IMG/VR virus record: IMGVR_UViG_3300017605_000956
Location: 1 to 64,000 of that record
Direction: 5' to 3' (one strand)
Length of the DNA: 64,000 nt
Source: a virus
The notes under the pieces were generated by a model. The model had not been told where the DNA came from, did not search any database, and saw only the letters and a list, made by a program, of their open reading frames with translations. This document shows, in pieces, positions 1 through 9,079 of the stretch. The translations under genes were made by a program, and so were the position numbers. Within the stretch, counting starts at the first letter, position 1. Every line of letters begins with the position of its first letter.

Positions 1-8
1 AGATCCCG

Positions 9-734
9 ATGACCGTGCGCGCCCACTCGTTCGAGTTCACCGACTCGATCGTAGCTCAGACCCTCGCGATCCCGCAGCTCGAGCGGCTCTACCTGTTCCC
101 CCACCTGGCGCGTCTCGTGAACCACCCCAAGGTCGTCGCGCTGCCCGTCGCGTTCGACTCGATCCGGTACCCGGGCATGGCGCAGGGGAAGGATCGTCGT
201 CTCGCGCTTCGTCTCGGCGCAGGCCTGCCCACCAAGCGTCTCGGGGACTTCTTCCGCGTGTCGGAGCTCGAGCCCCGGTACCGCTACGTCGCGGGGATCG
301 CGTCGTGCGATCCGAGTGGTGCCGTGGCGGACCAGCTCCAGCGCGACAACCCGAAAGCGAAGGTCTCCGTCTTCAAGAACGTCGGCTGGGAGGCCGCGTC
401 GCAGCTCACCCGCCGCGCCGGCGTCTTCATCCACACCTACGACCAGGCGGCCCATCCCTTCGGGATGCCGATGTCGATCGCGGAGGCCCTCTCGACCGGG
501 AGCGTCGTCTTCACCCGGGACAGCATGGCGGCCCGGGAGTTCGCGAGCGATGCGGCGTTCTACTACAACGACCCTGCCGAGGTCGCCGCCACGATGGCGC
601 AGATCCTTGACTGGTCGGAAGAGACGTGGGCGAGGCAGTCGCAGCGCGCGGTGATGCAGGCGTCCCTCTACCGGGACAACGTCGTCCTCCCCCGCGTGCT
701 GCACGACTGGGAGCAGCTCCTCGAGCGACGTTGA
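9..734 (+). CDS. GT-B (GT4-like) glycosyltransferase, probably 5'-truncated by the window edge
   Basis: HPFGMPMSIAEALSTGSVV matches the GT4 ExFG..x.EA...G motif. Confidence 0.7.
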   Translation: MTVRAHSFEFTDSIVAQTLAIPQLERLYLFPHLARLVNHPKVVALPVAFDSIRYPGMAQGKDRRLALRLGAGLPTKRLGDFFRVSELEPRYRYVAGIASCDPSGAVADQLQRDNPKAKVSVFKNVGWEAASQLTRRAGVFIHTYDQAAHPFGMPMSIAEALSTGSVVFTRDSMAAREFASDAAFYYNDPAEVAATMAQILDWSEETWARQSQRAVMQASLYRDNVVLPRVLHDWEQLLERR

Positions 735-759
735 CAAAGATCCGCAACGGCGGTACTCT
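731..759 (+). promoter_or_regulatory. sigma70-type promoter
   Basis: TTGACA-N17-TACTCT upstream of the 786 ORF. Confidence 0.75.
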
Positions 760-785
760 TCCACCGAGACGGAGGCACAGCCCTC

Positions 786-1469
786 ATGAGCCTGAACAGC
801 GTCGTCGTCCTTCACGAGGCTCTCGGTAAAAAGATCCGGCACCCCATGCGTTCCGACTTCCGTCGCATCGTCTACAGCACCTACCCGGCGGCCATCGAGG
901 ATCTCGACCAGGAGGTCGCGGAGCTCGAGGCCCGTCACGACATCATCATCGTGGGCAGGGTGGGTGCGGCCATGCAGGTCCGCCCCGCCGTGGTCATGAA
1001 GCTGCGCGGGCGCGGCTGGATCGAGTCCACGAAGAACGGCCTGGTCCTCCTCTCGCCCCCCGGCTTCGTGGCGGCCCTGAAGGGCCTGGGCATGATCCAC
1101 GGGCTCGGTGAGATCACGCCCGAGCCGCTCCTCACCCCCGGCGAGCTGGTGGGTGGAGGCGTGGGCGCCGCGATCGCCGTCACGGGCATCGTGCTCGAGG
1201 GCAAGGTCGGAATCATCCTGGGCGTGCTGGGCGGTCTCGTCACGCTCATCGCGGGCGGATCCGCCGCCATCCGTCACCTGAAGTCGTCCCAGACCAGCGC
1301 GGCAGCCGGCTCCTCCCTGGCTCCGGCCGCTGCTGCGGCGGCGGCGGCTCCGCCGCCTCCGCCGCCCCCGCCTCCGAAACCCACGTCCCAGCAGCGTCTC
1401 CAGGCGGCCGTCACCGCCTACGGCCCGCTGGCCGCCGAGCTCATCAAGGGCGTGGTGTCGCTCTTCTGA
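786..1469 (+). CDS. putative virion membrane protein (2 TM, Pro-rich linker), paralog of 7063..7497
   Basis: GLGMIHGLGEI motif, Gly-rich hydrophobic hairpin, polyPro; GGAGG RBS. Confidence 0.65.
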   Translation: MSLNSVVVLHEALGKKIRHPMRSDFRRIVYSTYPAAIEDLDQEVAELEARHDIIIVGRVGAAMQVRPAVVMKLRGRGWIESTKNGLVLLSPPGFVAALKGLGMIHGLGEITPEPLLTPGELVGGGVGAAIAVTGIVLEGKVGIILGVLGGLVTLIAGGSAAIRHLKSSQTSAAAGSSLAPAAAAAAAAPPPPPPPPPKPTSQQRLQAAVTAYGPLAAELIKGVVSLF

Positions 1470-1470
1470 T

Positions 1471-1965
1471 ATGCAGCCCACGATGATGTTTGTCCGGGGT
1501 CGCATGGGGAGGATCTCCTCCCTGGGGAGCGACGTCTACAAGCGCCTCGTCACCTTCCGCCTGCTCGTGAAGGACTTCAAGGAGCGCGTCTTCCCGAACG
1601 TCGAGTTCGAGATCGTGCGCCACGGAGTCGGGGAGATGATCCTCTCGGGGAAGACCGACGGCAACGGGACCGCCGTGGTCGACTTCGAGACGTCGGCCCC
1701 CGAGTTCCTCGTTCGCGTCTATCTGCCCGAGGGCATGGTCATGAAGTCGGTGAGCGTCACCGCCGCCGACAGCGAGCCCATGGTCGTGAAGTCTCTCCAG
1801 GAGGCCCCACAGGTCCTCCTCAACACGATGGAGATGCTCGCGGGCGGCACGGGGCTCGCGCTGATCCTGATCGGCCTGCTGTCGAGGGTGACGCTGGTCG
1901 AGCGCATCGGAGAAACCGCCGTGATGGCGACCGTTTTCTACCGCGTGGGGAGAGCGGTCATATAA
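1471..1965 (+). CDS. membrane-anchored protein with prealbumin/Ig-like beta domain
   Basis: GKTDGNGTAVVDF beta motif and C-terminal hydrophobic helices. Confidence 0.55.
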   Translation: MQPTMMFVRGRMGRISSLGSDVYKRLVTFRLLVKDFKERVFPNVEFEIVRHGVGEMILSGKTDGNGTAVVDFETSAPEFLVRVYLPEGMVMKSVSVTAADSEPMVVKSLQEAPQVLLNTMEMLAGGTGLALILIGLLSRVTLVERIGETAVMATVFYRVGRAVI

Positions 1966-1991
1966 TCGTTGGTCGGAACCGGAGGAATGGA

Positions 1992-2507
1992 ATGGAGAAC
2001 ACCGAGAAGGCAGATGCCATGGCCGCGATCGACGGCCTGGCTGCCGAGATCCACGGGGAATACGTGAAAGCCGCCGAAGCGCGCGGCTCGAGGCTTCCCG
2101 CGTGGACCGAGATCCCCGAAGACGCCAAATCCATGTGCCGCACCCTCGCGCGGCTCACGATCTCGAAGATGGAGAAGACCTACTTCGAGGCTCGCGAGAG
2201 CGCGATGAAGGACTTCGAGAAGCGCCTCGCGGAGCGTCCCGCGGCCGCGGCGCCGGCGAAGACCTCCACCCTCGACCCCTTCAACGTGATCAAGGAGATC
2301 AATGTCCAGATCGACAAGGTGCTCGACCGGGTCTACGAGATCAAGTCGGGCAACCCGCTCGAAAAGGGAATCGACTCCGCGATCGAGATGTTCGCCCAGA
2401 AGCTCGCCCTCGAGGTCCTGAGCTCGAGCCCGGAGCTCGTGGCGAAGCTGAAGGACAACGTCATCGGAGCCCTCACGGAAGGTCTTCTCGGGGACAAGGA
2501 GGAATAG
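1992..2507 (+). CDS. hypothetical helical protein
   Basis: strong RBS; typical codon usage. Confidence 0.7.
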   Translation: MENTEKADAMAAIDGLAAEIHGEYVKAAEARGSRLPAWTEIPEDAKSMCRTLARLTISKMEKTYFEARESAMKDFEKRLAERPAAAAPAKTSTLDPFNVIKEINVQIDKVLDRVYEIKSGNPLEKGIDSAIEMFAQKLALEVLSSSPELVAKLKDNVIGALTEGLLGDKEE

Positions 2508-2510
2508 ACC

Positions 2511-2741
2511 ATGTTCAAGAACCTGCTGTCGAATCTCGGCCTGGGCCAGTCGGATCTGATCCACGTCTTCGAGGAGACGCTGAAGCGCATTGACCAGCGC
2601 GACCTCTCGACGCCCGATCTCCGCAAGGGCCAGTCGATCGCCATCATCGAGATGATGAACGTCCTGCGCGACGAGGACGTCATGGCGAACGCCACCTACC
2701 AGCTCCTCCAGAAGAAGCTGATCGAGTGGCAGGGCAAGTGA
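2511..2741 (+). CDS. hypothetical protein
   Basis: AGGAGG RBS; stop overlaps the next GTG. Confidence 0.7.
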   Translation: MFKNLLSNLGLGQSDLIHVFEETLKRIDQRDLSTPDLRKGQSIAIIEMMNVLRDEDVMANATYQLLQKKLIEWQGK

Positions 2742-4021
2742 ACGAGAACGAGATCGAGACCGCCGGGCAGGAGCAGCAGCCTACCATCCCAAGCCGCCTC
2801 GCCGGTTTCATGAACCGGATGCTCCGCCCGGCGTCGGCCAAGATCGCAGACCAGACGCTCGGGGTCGGGGGCCACTGCTGCACCGAAGACGGCCGCAAGC
2901 TGCTCAGTCCCGGCGTGCGGTGGGAAGGCGTCTTCTCGGGCTACTCCGGCTACGGCAAGGCGAACCGCGAGATCGTGATGCGGGTCGCGAACTCCATGGC
3001 CGTCGAGCTCCATCACTCCTTCGAGCCGCCCTACCGCGACGAGTACCAGCGCGCGCGGTACAAGCTCTACGAGAACTTCCGCGTGGCGAAGAAGGCGCCC
3101 TTCGTGCGCTTCTTCGGTCCCGATAAACCCGTCTCCGGGCAGCACCTCCCGAAAATCTGCTACACGATGATGGAGACGGAGCGGATCCACGCCGACATGG
3201 TGAACCACCTCAATGCGAAGTTCGACGAGCTCTGGTGCCCGACCGAGTGGAACATCAAGGCCTTCCAGAAGTCGGGGCTCAAGATCCCGGCGCGCGTGAT
3301 GCCCCTCGGCGTCGACCCGCTGCTCTACCGCCCCATGCCGCCGAAGGACTTCCCGCCGTGCCGGCTGCTCTCGACGAAGAACGCCGGGAAGAAGCACAGA
3401 CCCGACGGCTTCATCTTCATCTCGGTCGGGCTGCCGTCGATTCGCAAGGGCTTCGACGTTCTCACCCGCGCCTTCGAGGACGCCTTCGCCGGCGACAAGG
3501 ACGTCTCCCTCGTCTGCGCCGTCACCCACTACACGTCGAACGTCCAGGCCTTCGCGGAGCTCGAGAAGTACAAGAGCCGGATCTACGCGCTGACCGGGGA
3601 GTACACCGAAGCCCAGATGGCCCGGATCTACGCGAGCGCGAACGCCTACGCCAGCGCGAGCCGTGGCGAGGGCTGGAACCTCCCGGTGTGCGAAGCGGCC
3701 GCCTGCGGGCTTCCCGTGATCTGCCCCAACACGACCTCGCACCGCGAGGTCGTGGGCCAGGACGCCTTCATCTTCCACGCGGAAGGCTTCGCGCCCATCA
3801 AGGGCGCCGACTCGATCTCGCCGTGGTACAAGGACGTCCCCTTCTCGGTCTTCGGGAAGAAGTCGCACGAGGAGCTGGTGAGCATCCTCCGCAAGGTGCG
3901 TCGCAACCGGACCGAAGTGAAGATCATGGCCGAGTCGCTGAAGAACCGGATGCAGACGAAGCTGACGTGGGACCACGCGGCCGCGCGCATCACGAAGCAC
4001 CTCTTGGAGATCCAGGATTGA
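2738..4021 (+). CDS. GT4 family glycosyltransferase
   Basis: SGYGKANR, RKGFDVL, SRGEGWNLPVCEAAACGLPVI motifs. Confidence 0.9.
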   Translation: MNENEIETAGQEQQPTIPSRLAGFMNRMLRPASAKIADQTLGVGGHCCTEDGRKLLSPGVRWEGVFSGYSGYGKANREIVMRVANSMAVELHHSFEPPYRDEYQRARYKLYENFRVAKKAPFVRFFGPDKPVSGQHLPKICYTMMETERIHADMVNHLNAKFDELWCPTEWNIKAFQKSGLKIPARVMPLGVDPLLYRPMPPKDFPPCRLLSTKNAGKKHRPDGFIFISVGLPSIRKGFDVLTRAFEDAFAGDKDVSLVCAVTHYTSNVQAFAELEKYKSRIYALTGEYTEAQMARIYASANAYASASRGEGWNLPVCEAAACGLPVICPNTTSHREVVGQDAFIFHAEGFAPIKGADSISPWYKDVPFSVFGKKSHEELVSILRKVRRNRTEVKIMAESLKNRMQTKLTWDHAAARITKHLLEIQD

Positions 4022-4932
4022 GCGCCAAGGTCATCTACGGACACGAGAACCCCAAGGGCGGATCCAGCGAGTTCAGCGTCGCTCTCGCCAGAGCTCGGGC
4101 TGCAGGCCTCTATTTCGAGTTCGACGGCGGCTTCGGGGACGTGCTGATCCAGGCCACGAAGACGGACACCTTCATCAAGCTCGACAACATCGCCCCCGGA
4201 CAGCAGGCCGTCATCGTGATCTTCTGCCACAACCCGCACGCCTGGGAGCTCTTCGGGTTCCACCCGAAGAGCGACCAGTTCGTGATCCTCGCCCTGGGCT
4301 TCAGCGACCGGAAGAACATGGCGACGCGCCAGCGTCACGGGATCAACTTCCCCGCGTACTACCCTGAAGGCATCCCGCCCGTCGAGTGGTATCCCCACGC
4401 ATCGAAGGAGGACGTCGCCTTCCTGAAGACTCTGCCCGACAAGTTCGTCACGTTCGCGATCAACGCCTCCGGGGGGCCTGGCGACAATCGTTCCGTCCCG
4501 CGGCATCTCGTGGCCGACATGGTGAAGGTCTGCCGGGGGCTGGGCATCACGCCGGTCATCCTGGGTCGACGCTATCCCCACGTCATGAGGGACGACTTCG
4601 TCCCCGGCGGGAACCACGTCGAGCCCGAGGACCTGCCCGACACGATCTCCGCCGTCGACCGGCTCACGATCGCCGGCTCGATGGAGGCCTTGCGGCACTC
4701 GGTCTGCAACGTCGTCTGCGACAGCTCCATGATGCTCGCCTCGTGGAGGATGCGGTGCCCGACGTACTTCATGTGCGCCTGGGCGCTCTGGGAGATGTTC
4801 CGGAAGGACGGCGTGATCCGCGCCGAGGGCTATCGCTTCGGGATCGCCTACCCCGAGAACGAGAACTGCGTGTTCGAGGACTACGAGCAGACGAAGTTCA
4901 GCCAATACCTCCTGAAGAGGCTCTCGTCATGA
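4018..4932 (+). CDS. GT9-like (heptosyltransferase-like) glycosyltransferase
   Basis: GGFGDVL at N-terminus, DRLTIAGSMEAL..VVCDSS; TTG start overlaps upstream stop. Confidence 0.7.
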   Translation: MSAKVIYGHENPKGGSSEFSVALARARAAGLYFEFDGGFGDVLIQATKTDTFIKLDNIAPGQQAVIVIFCHNPHAWELFGFHPKSDQFVILALGFSDRKNMATRQRHGINFPAYYPEGIPPVEWYPHASKEDVAFLKTLPDKFVTFAINASGGPGDNRSVPRHLVADMVKVCRGLGITPVILGRRYPHVMRDDFVPGGNHVEPEDLPDTISAVDRLTIAGSMEALRHSVCNVVCDSSMMLASWRMRCPTYFMCAWALWEMFRKDGVIRAEGYRFGIAYPENENCVFEDYEQTKFSQYLLKRLSS

Positions 4933-5810
4933 TCTTCACCAGCGTCCCCCACAACGTCGAAATCGTCCCTGCTGGCCTCCAGCGCGTCCAGCCCGACACG
5001 CACCAGCCCATGCACGTCGATTGGTACGCTGAACTGCTGGGGGGCTTGGGAGACGCTCTCTTGCGCATCTACAGCCACGAGCACGTCTACGCATCGCTCG
5101 CGAAGCTGCCCCCGGGCAAGAAGGCCGCCGTCGTCCTGATGTGCCACAACCCGGCGCTGGCGGAACTCTTCAAGTGGCACCCCATGAACCTGTCGGGCCA
5201 GCTCTCCGTCTTCGACCTGGGCTTCAACACGCCCTTCCATCCATGGGAGGATGCCTCCTGGCGTCGAGCCCACGGCCTCCCCGCGCAGTCCCCCTGCCCG
5301 ATGGGGGGAGCGGTTCAGCACCTCGAGGTCTACCCCGACCTCACCGACAAGGCGATGGTGAACTACATCAAGGCCGAGGGGCCGTACCTGATCCTGCACC
5401 CCAGCGCCGGCCAGTCGGACCGGGACGTGCCGCAGAACCAGTGCGAGTCGATGACCGAGCTGGCGAAGAAGCGCGGCCTGAAGGTCTACGTGATCGGCCA
5501 CTCGAAGTACATCCGGCACACCCCGATCCAGGGTGCCGAGGACCTCACCAACCGGCTCTCGGTACCGGGGATGATCGTCGCGATCCGGAACGCGGCCGGC
5601 GTCATCACCTCGCACAGCTCGGTGACGCACGTGGCCTGGCGGGAGTCGCGCCCGGTCTTCATGCTCTACCCGGACTGGGTGAAGAACACCTACGTCTCGC
5701 GCGGCGCCGTGGGCTACATGGAGGGGATCAACCGACCCGACTGCGACCATATGTTGTTCCCGGAGTACCGGGATGATCGTTTCTCGAAATGGATGGAGAG
5801 CTGCAAATGA
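4929..5810 (+). CDS. GT9-like glycosyltransferase, paralog of 4018..4932
   Basis: GGLGDAL, LHPSAG, DLTNRLSV..ITSHSS; shared CHNP..ELF..HP. Confidence 0.75.
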   Translation: MIFTSVPHNVEIVPAGLQRVQPDTHQPMHVDWYAELLGGLGDALLRIYSHEHVYASLAKLPPGKKAAVVLMCHNPALAELFKWHPMNLSGQLSVFDLGFNTPFHPWEDASWRRAHGLPAQSPCPMGGAVQHLEVYPDLTDKAMVNYIKAEGPYLILHPSAGQSDRDVPQNQCESMTELAKKRGLKVYVIGHSKYIRHTPIQGAEDLTNRLSVPGMIVAIRNAAGVITSHSSVTHVAWRESRPVFMLYPDWVKNTYVSRGAVGYMEGINRPDCDHMLFPEYRDDRFSKWMESCK

Positions 5811-6322
5811 GCATGAGCCTGTTCCCCGCGACCCTCATGAAGTACCGGAACGAAGCGTTCATCGAGACGGGCACCTACGACGGCCGCGGGATCATCCTGG
5901 CGCTCGCGCTGGGCTTCAAGAAGATCCGCTCGGTCGAGCTGGACCCGGGCCGCTACGACTACGCCCTGAAGTACCTGGGCGACACGCCCGGGGACTGGAA
6001 GGTCGAGCTCGACGACTCGAAGAACTTCATCCCGCGCGTCCTCTCCACGCTCGAGGAGCGGGCGACGATCTGGCTCGACGCCCACCCGATCTCGAAGGAC
6101 GACGTGGCCTTCAAGGACAAGCTCCAGTGGCCGCTCGTCGGGGAGCTGCGCGCCATCGCGCAGTTCTCGAAGCGCAAGGACCACACGATCCTCGTCGACG
6201 ACCGTCACGACTTCAAGCTGTTCGGCACCAACGACGACGAGGTCCTGGGCCTGATCCGGGCGATCAACCCGGCGTACAACGCGCGCATCGAGGCCAACAT
6301 CATCGTCGGAACCTGTCCTTGA
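5807..6322 (+). CDS. class I SAM-dependent methyltransferase-like protein
   Basis: FIETGTYDG, SVELD, WLDAH, ILVDD. Confidence 0.75.
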   Translation: MSMSLFPATLMKYRNEAFIETGTYDGRGIILALALGFKKIRSVELDPGRYDYALKYLGDTPGDWKVELDDSKNFIPRVLSTLEERATIWLDAHPISKDDVAFKDKLQWPLVGELRAIAQFSKRKDHTILVDDRHDFKLFGTNDDEVLGLIRAINPAYNARIEANIIVGTCP

Positions 6323-7002
6323 GGAAGGCCGTCGTCTCGATGGCTTTCGGCAACGACTGGTGGAAGATCGCATCCGTCTCCTTCCAGGCGCTCTCGCTCT
6401 ACGCGGAGAAGATCGGGGCCGACTTCGTGGTCATGTCGAAGCGCCGGTACCCGAACCTGCACGTCCACTGGGAGAAGCTCGCGCTGCGCGAGATCGTGGC
6501 CGAGTACGACCGGACGTTCTACGTGGACGCCGATGCGGTGATCCGGCCCACCGCCCAGTCGGTCTTCGACTTCGTCCCTGAGACTCACTTCGCCGCCCAT
6601 GACGAGATGATCGAAACCGGGCGCGTCGACGAGTACCGCCGCTGCGCGGAGTTCTACGGCGTGGACCCGGTTCCCCGGTGGTACTTCAACGCAGGGGTCC
6701 TGGTCCTCTCGCGCCGGCACGCCGACATCTTCGCTGCCCCGACACACTTCCTCGAGAACAGCGGGATGCCCGAGCAGAACTACGTCAACGTCCGCACCCA
6801 CCAGCTCGAGGCGTCCTTCATGCACCTCGACTGGCGGTGGAACACGATCTGGGGCCGTCACCAGACCGTCGAGGAGGCTGCGGAGTCAAACATGATGCAC
6901 TACGCGGGCCTGGCGAAGTTCGGGGAGGGGGTCGCCACCATCGCCTCGAAAATGAGGGAAGACCTTGCCCGCTGGAAGTGCGCCTCCCCGGCAATCATCT
7001 AA
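6319..7002 (+). CDS. GT8 family glycosyltransferase
   Basis: YVDAD (DxD), YFNAGVLV, EQNYVN, HYAG. Confidence 0.85.
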   Translation: MRKAVVSMAFGNDWWKIASVSFQALSLYAEKIGADFVVMSKRRYPNLHVHWEKLALREIVAEYDRTFYVDADAVIRPTAQSVFDFVPETHFAAHDEMIETGRVDEYRRCAEFYGVDPVPRWYFNAGVLVLSRRHADIFAAPTHFLENSGMPEQNYVNVRTHQLEASFMHLDWRWNTIWGRHQTVEEAAESNMMHYAGLAKFGEGVATIASKMREDLARWKCASPAII

Positions 7003-7008
7003 ACAGGC

Positions 7009-7037
7009 TTGACCTCCAGACTCCCATGCCGTACAGT
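7009..7037 (+). promoter_or_regulatory. sigma70-type promoter
   Basis: TTGACC-N17-TACAGT. Confidence 0.7.
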
Positions 7038-7062
7038 TCGGTCGAATGTGCGGGAGGAGAGC

Positions 7063-7497
7063 ATGAGCCTGAACAGCAGCGTCCAGTTCTACGGCGGGTC
7101 GCTCGCGTCGCCCCGTCCGATGATTCGCCACCTCGGCGTCATCAACCTGGCCCAGCCCATCGTGAAGACCGAGGAAGCGATCGGCCTCGCGGCCGGTGCC
7201 GGACTGCTGGGAGGCGGCCTCATCATGAAGGGCAAGGGCGGCATGGTCATGGCGATCCTGGGCGGCCTGACGGCTCTCGTCACGGGCGGCCTGACGCTGA
7301 TGCGCCACATGAGCCCGGCGCCCACCGCGGTCGTTCAGCTCCCCGCCGCTCCCGCGGCTCCCAAGCCCTCCAGCACGCAGCAGCTCCTGACCACGTTCGC
7401 GCCGGTCGCGCAGCAGCTCGCCCCGCTCGTCCAGAACCTCTTCGCGAAGCCCACCCCGCCCCCGGCTCCCACGGGCGCGATCGTCACCTCGCTCTAA
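7063..7497 (+). CDS. putative virion membrane protein, paralog of 786..1469
   Basis: GGAGGAG RBS; MSLNS start, 2 TM, PKPSSTQQLL..LVQNLF tail. Confidence 0.7.
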   Translation: MSLNSSVQFYGGSLASPRPMIRHLGVINLAQPIVKTEEAIGLAAGAGLLGGGLIMKGKGGMVMAILGGLTALVTGGLTLMRHMSPAPTAVVQLPAAPAAPKPSSTQQLLTTFAPVAQQLAPLVQNLFAKPTPPPAPTGAIVTSL

Positions 7498-7512
7498 TCT
7501 CGACCGAACCTT

Positions 7513-7553
7513 GAGCCCCGGTTGCCTCTCCAGGCGGCCGGGGCTTTTTCTTT
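7513..7553 (+). terminator. intrinsic terminator
   Basis: GC-rich stem gagccccggttgcct/aggcggccggggctt followed by a T-tract. Confidence 0.75.
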
Positions 7554-7605
7554 CCCCGAGCCTCTTCTCGCCCGTTCCCGGCGTCAGCCGGGAACGGGCA
7601 TGAGG

Positions 7606-7634
7606 TTGACTCCGCCCTTCGCTCGCGATAGACT
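7606..7634 (+). promoter_or_regulatory. sigma70-type promoter (leaderless or short-leader transcript)
   Basis: TTGACT-N17-TAGACT, 6 nt before ATG 7641. Confidence 0.7.
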
Positions 7635-7640
7635 CCCGGC

Positions 7641-7805
7641 ATGGGAAAGCCTCGCAAGGTCCAGTACGTCACGGGCCAGCAGAAACCCCAGCCCGGCAGC
7701 ACGGTCCTCTCGCTGTGTTCGTCGTGCCCACTCGGGCGCAAGGTCGTCGACCTCTCGACGAAGGCCGTGGTGAAGGAGCTGAAGAAGAAATGGGGAAGCC
7801 GGTAG
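7641..7805 (+). CDS. 54-aa CxxC protein (not in ORF track)
   Basis: MGKPRKVQYV...LSLCSSCPLGRKVV...KKKWGSR directly after the promoter. Confidence 0.65.
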   Translation: MGKPRKVQYVTGQQKPQPGSTVLSLCSSCPLGRKVVDLSTKAVVKELKKKWGSR

Positions 7806-7951
7806 ACCCGAAGAGCAACCCGGCGAAGCCGGGTTGTGGAGCGAAGAAAACGCCCAAGGGCGTCACCTACTACGTCTCCGCGACCTGACCCGCCGGCAAG
7901 AGGCTCGTTCGTCAGGTGACGAAGATGGTCAAGAAGGACATGGGGCTGTAG
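7790..7951 (+). CDS. putative 53-aa selenoprotein (in-frame UGA 7886-7888, SxxU)
   Basis: MGKPVDPK...YYVSAT-U-PAGKRLVRQVTKMVKKDMGL; UGA aligns to the Cys of the upstream paralog; read-through TAG abuts the next ATG. Confidence 0.6.
7908..7923 (+). promoter_or_regulatory. SECIS-like hairpin
   Basis: ttcgtc-AGGT-gacgaa; loop starts about 25 nt after the UGA. Confidence 0.5.
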
Positions 7952-8824
7952 ATGCCGCTCACGCCCGTATTCGTCGAGAAGGCCACCGGAGATCAGGCGG
8001 CTCCTCAGATGGAGGAGCAGTTCGGTGGTGTCTCGAACGACGCCCGCCTGACCCAGTACATCGACTTCGTCGGCCGCCGGATGCTCCCCTACTCGCTCCG
8101 GGGCAACGAGCCCCACAAGTTCCTGGTCCTGAACGACGACAAGGTGATCAATGCCTTCACGCTCGGGAACGGGAACATCTACGTCACCAAGGGCCTCCTC
8201 AAGATGCTGGGCGACGAAGCCGAGCTCGCGGAGGTCCTGGGACACGAGAACGGTCACTTCGGCCATCGCCACATCGCAGCCCAGATGGACCGGGGGATCG
8301 GCCTCGGGCTTATGCTCGCGCTGGCGGAGGGCTTCTACGCGCAGGGCAAGGGCGGCCGGCTCAACGACACGCAGGGCGAGGCCATCGAGAAGGCGAACGA
8401 GCTGGCGATGGGCCTGGTCCTGAACGGCTTCGGCCGGGAGCAGGAGCTCGAGAGCGACGCCCACGGCCTCGAGACGATGGTGAAGTCCGGATACGACCCG
8501 ATGGGCGCCGTCTCGACCTTCCAGAAGTTCCAGCGCCTCGAGCACGAGGTCACGGGCCTGGACGCCTTCCTCCAGTCCCACCCCACGGCCAAGACCCGGA
8601 TCGACGACCTCACCGACGCCATCGCCCACAAGTACCCCAACGTCGAGGGGCGTCGCTACGTCGACCGCTACAACCGGATCGTGAACGGCGGCGAATCCCT
8701 GGACGACGTGGGCGAAGGCCGGGACGGCGGATCCAGCGAGATCCTGGGCGTCCCCACTCCCCTCGCGATCGCCGGAGGACTCGGACTTGCCATTACGACA
8801 GGGATTGTGATAGCCTCCCTCTGA
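7952..8824 (+). CDS. M48 family zinc metallopeptidase with C-terminal TM anchor
   Basis: INAFTL, LGHENGH (HExxH), EQELESD, SHP; terminal hydrophobic helix. Confidence 0.9.
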   Translation: MPLTPVFVEKATGDQAAPQMEEQFGGVSNDARLTQYIDFVGRRMLPYSLRGNEPHKFLVLNDDKVINAFTLGNGNIYVTKGLLKMLGDEAELAEVLGHENGHFGHRHIAAQMDRGIGLGLMLALAEGFYAQGKGGRLNDTQGEAIEKANELAMGLVLNGFGREQELESDAHGLETMVKSGYDPMGAVSTFQKFQRLEHEVTGLDAFLQSHPTAKTRIDDLTDAIAHKYPNVEGRRYVDRYNRIVNGGESLDDVGEGRDGGSSEILGVPTPLAIAGGLGLAITTGIVIASL

Positions 8825-8836
8825 ACGGGAGGCCCG

Positions 8837-9079
8837 ATGCCCAAGAACCTCGAGCGCGTCGCGGAACAAGCCGTGGAGGCCTGCGGCAGATTCCACACCA
8901 GCCTTCACCAGTGGCAGGATTGCGCGCGGGGCGTCAACATCGCCAAGCGCCTCACCAAGAAGCGTGGCCTCAAGGTCGGCCGGAAGGCGGCTCTGCGCGT
9001 CTGCAAGGCGACCGAGAAGGACCGGGGTCCTCGCCGGCGCTGTTTCGAGGGAGTCCGGTTCTTCACCACGGGGGTATGA
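8837..9079 (+). CDS. small basic Cys-pair protein (putative core protein)
   Basis: two C-x12-C-x2-GV units; K/R-rich. Confidence 0.7.
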   Translation: MPKNLERVAEQAVEACGRFHTSLHQWQDCARGVNIAKRLTKKRGLKVGRKAALRVCKATEKDRGPRRRCFEGVRFFTTGV

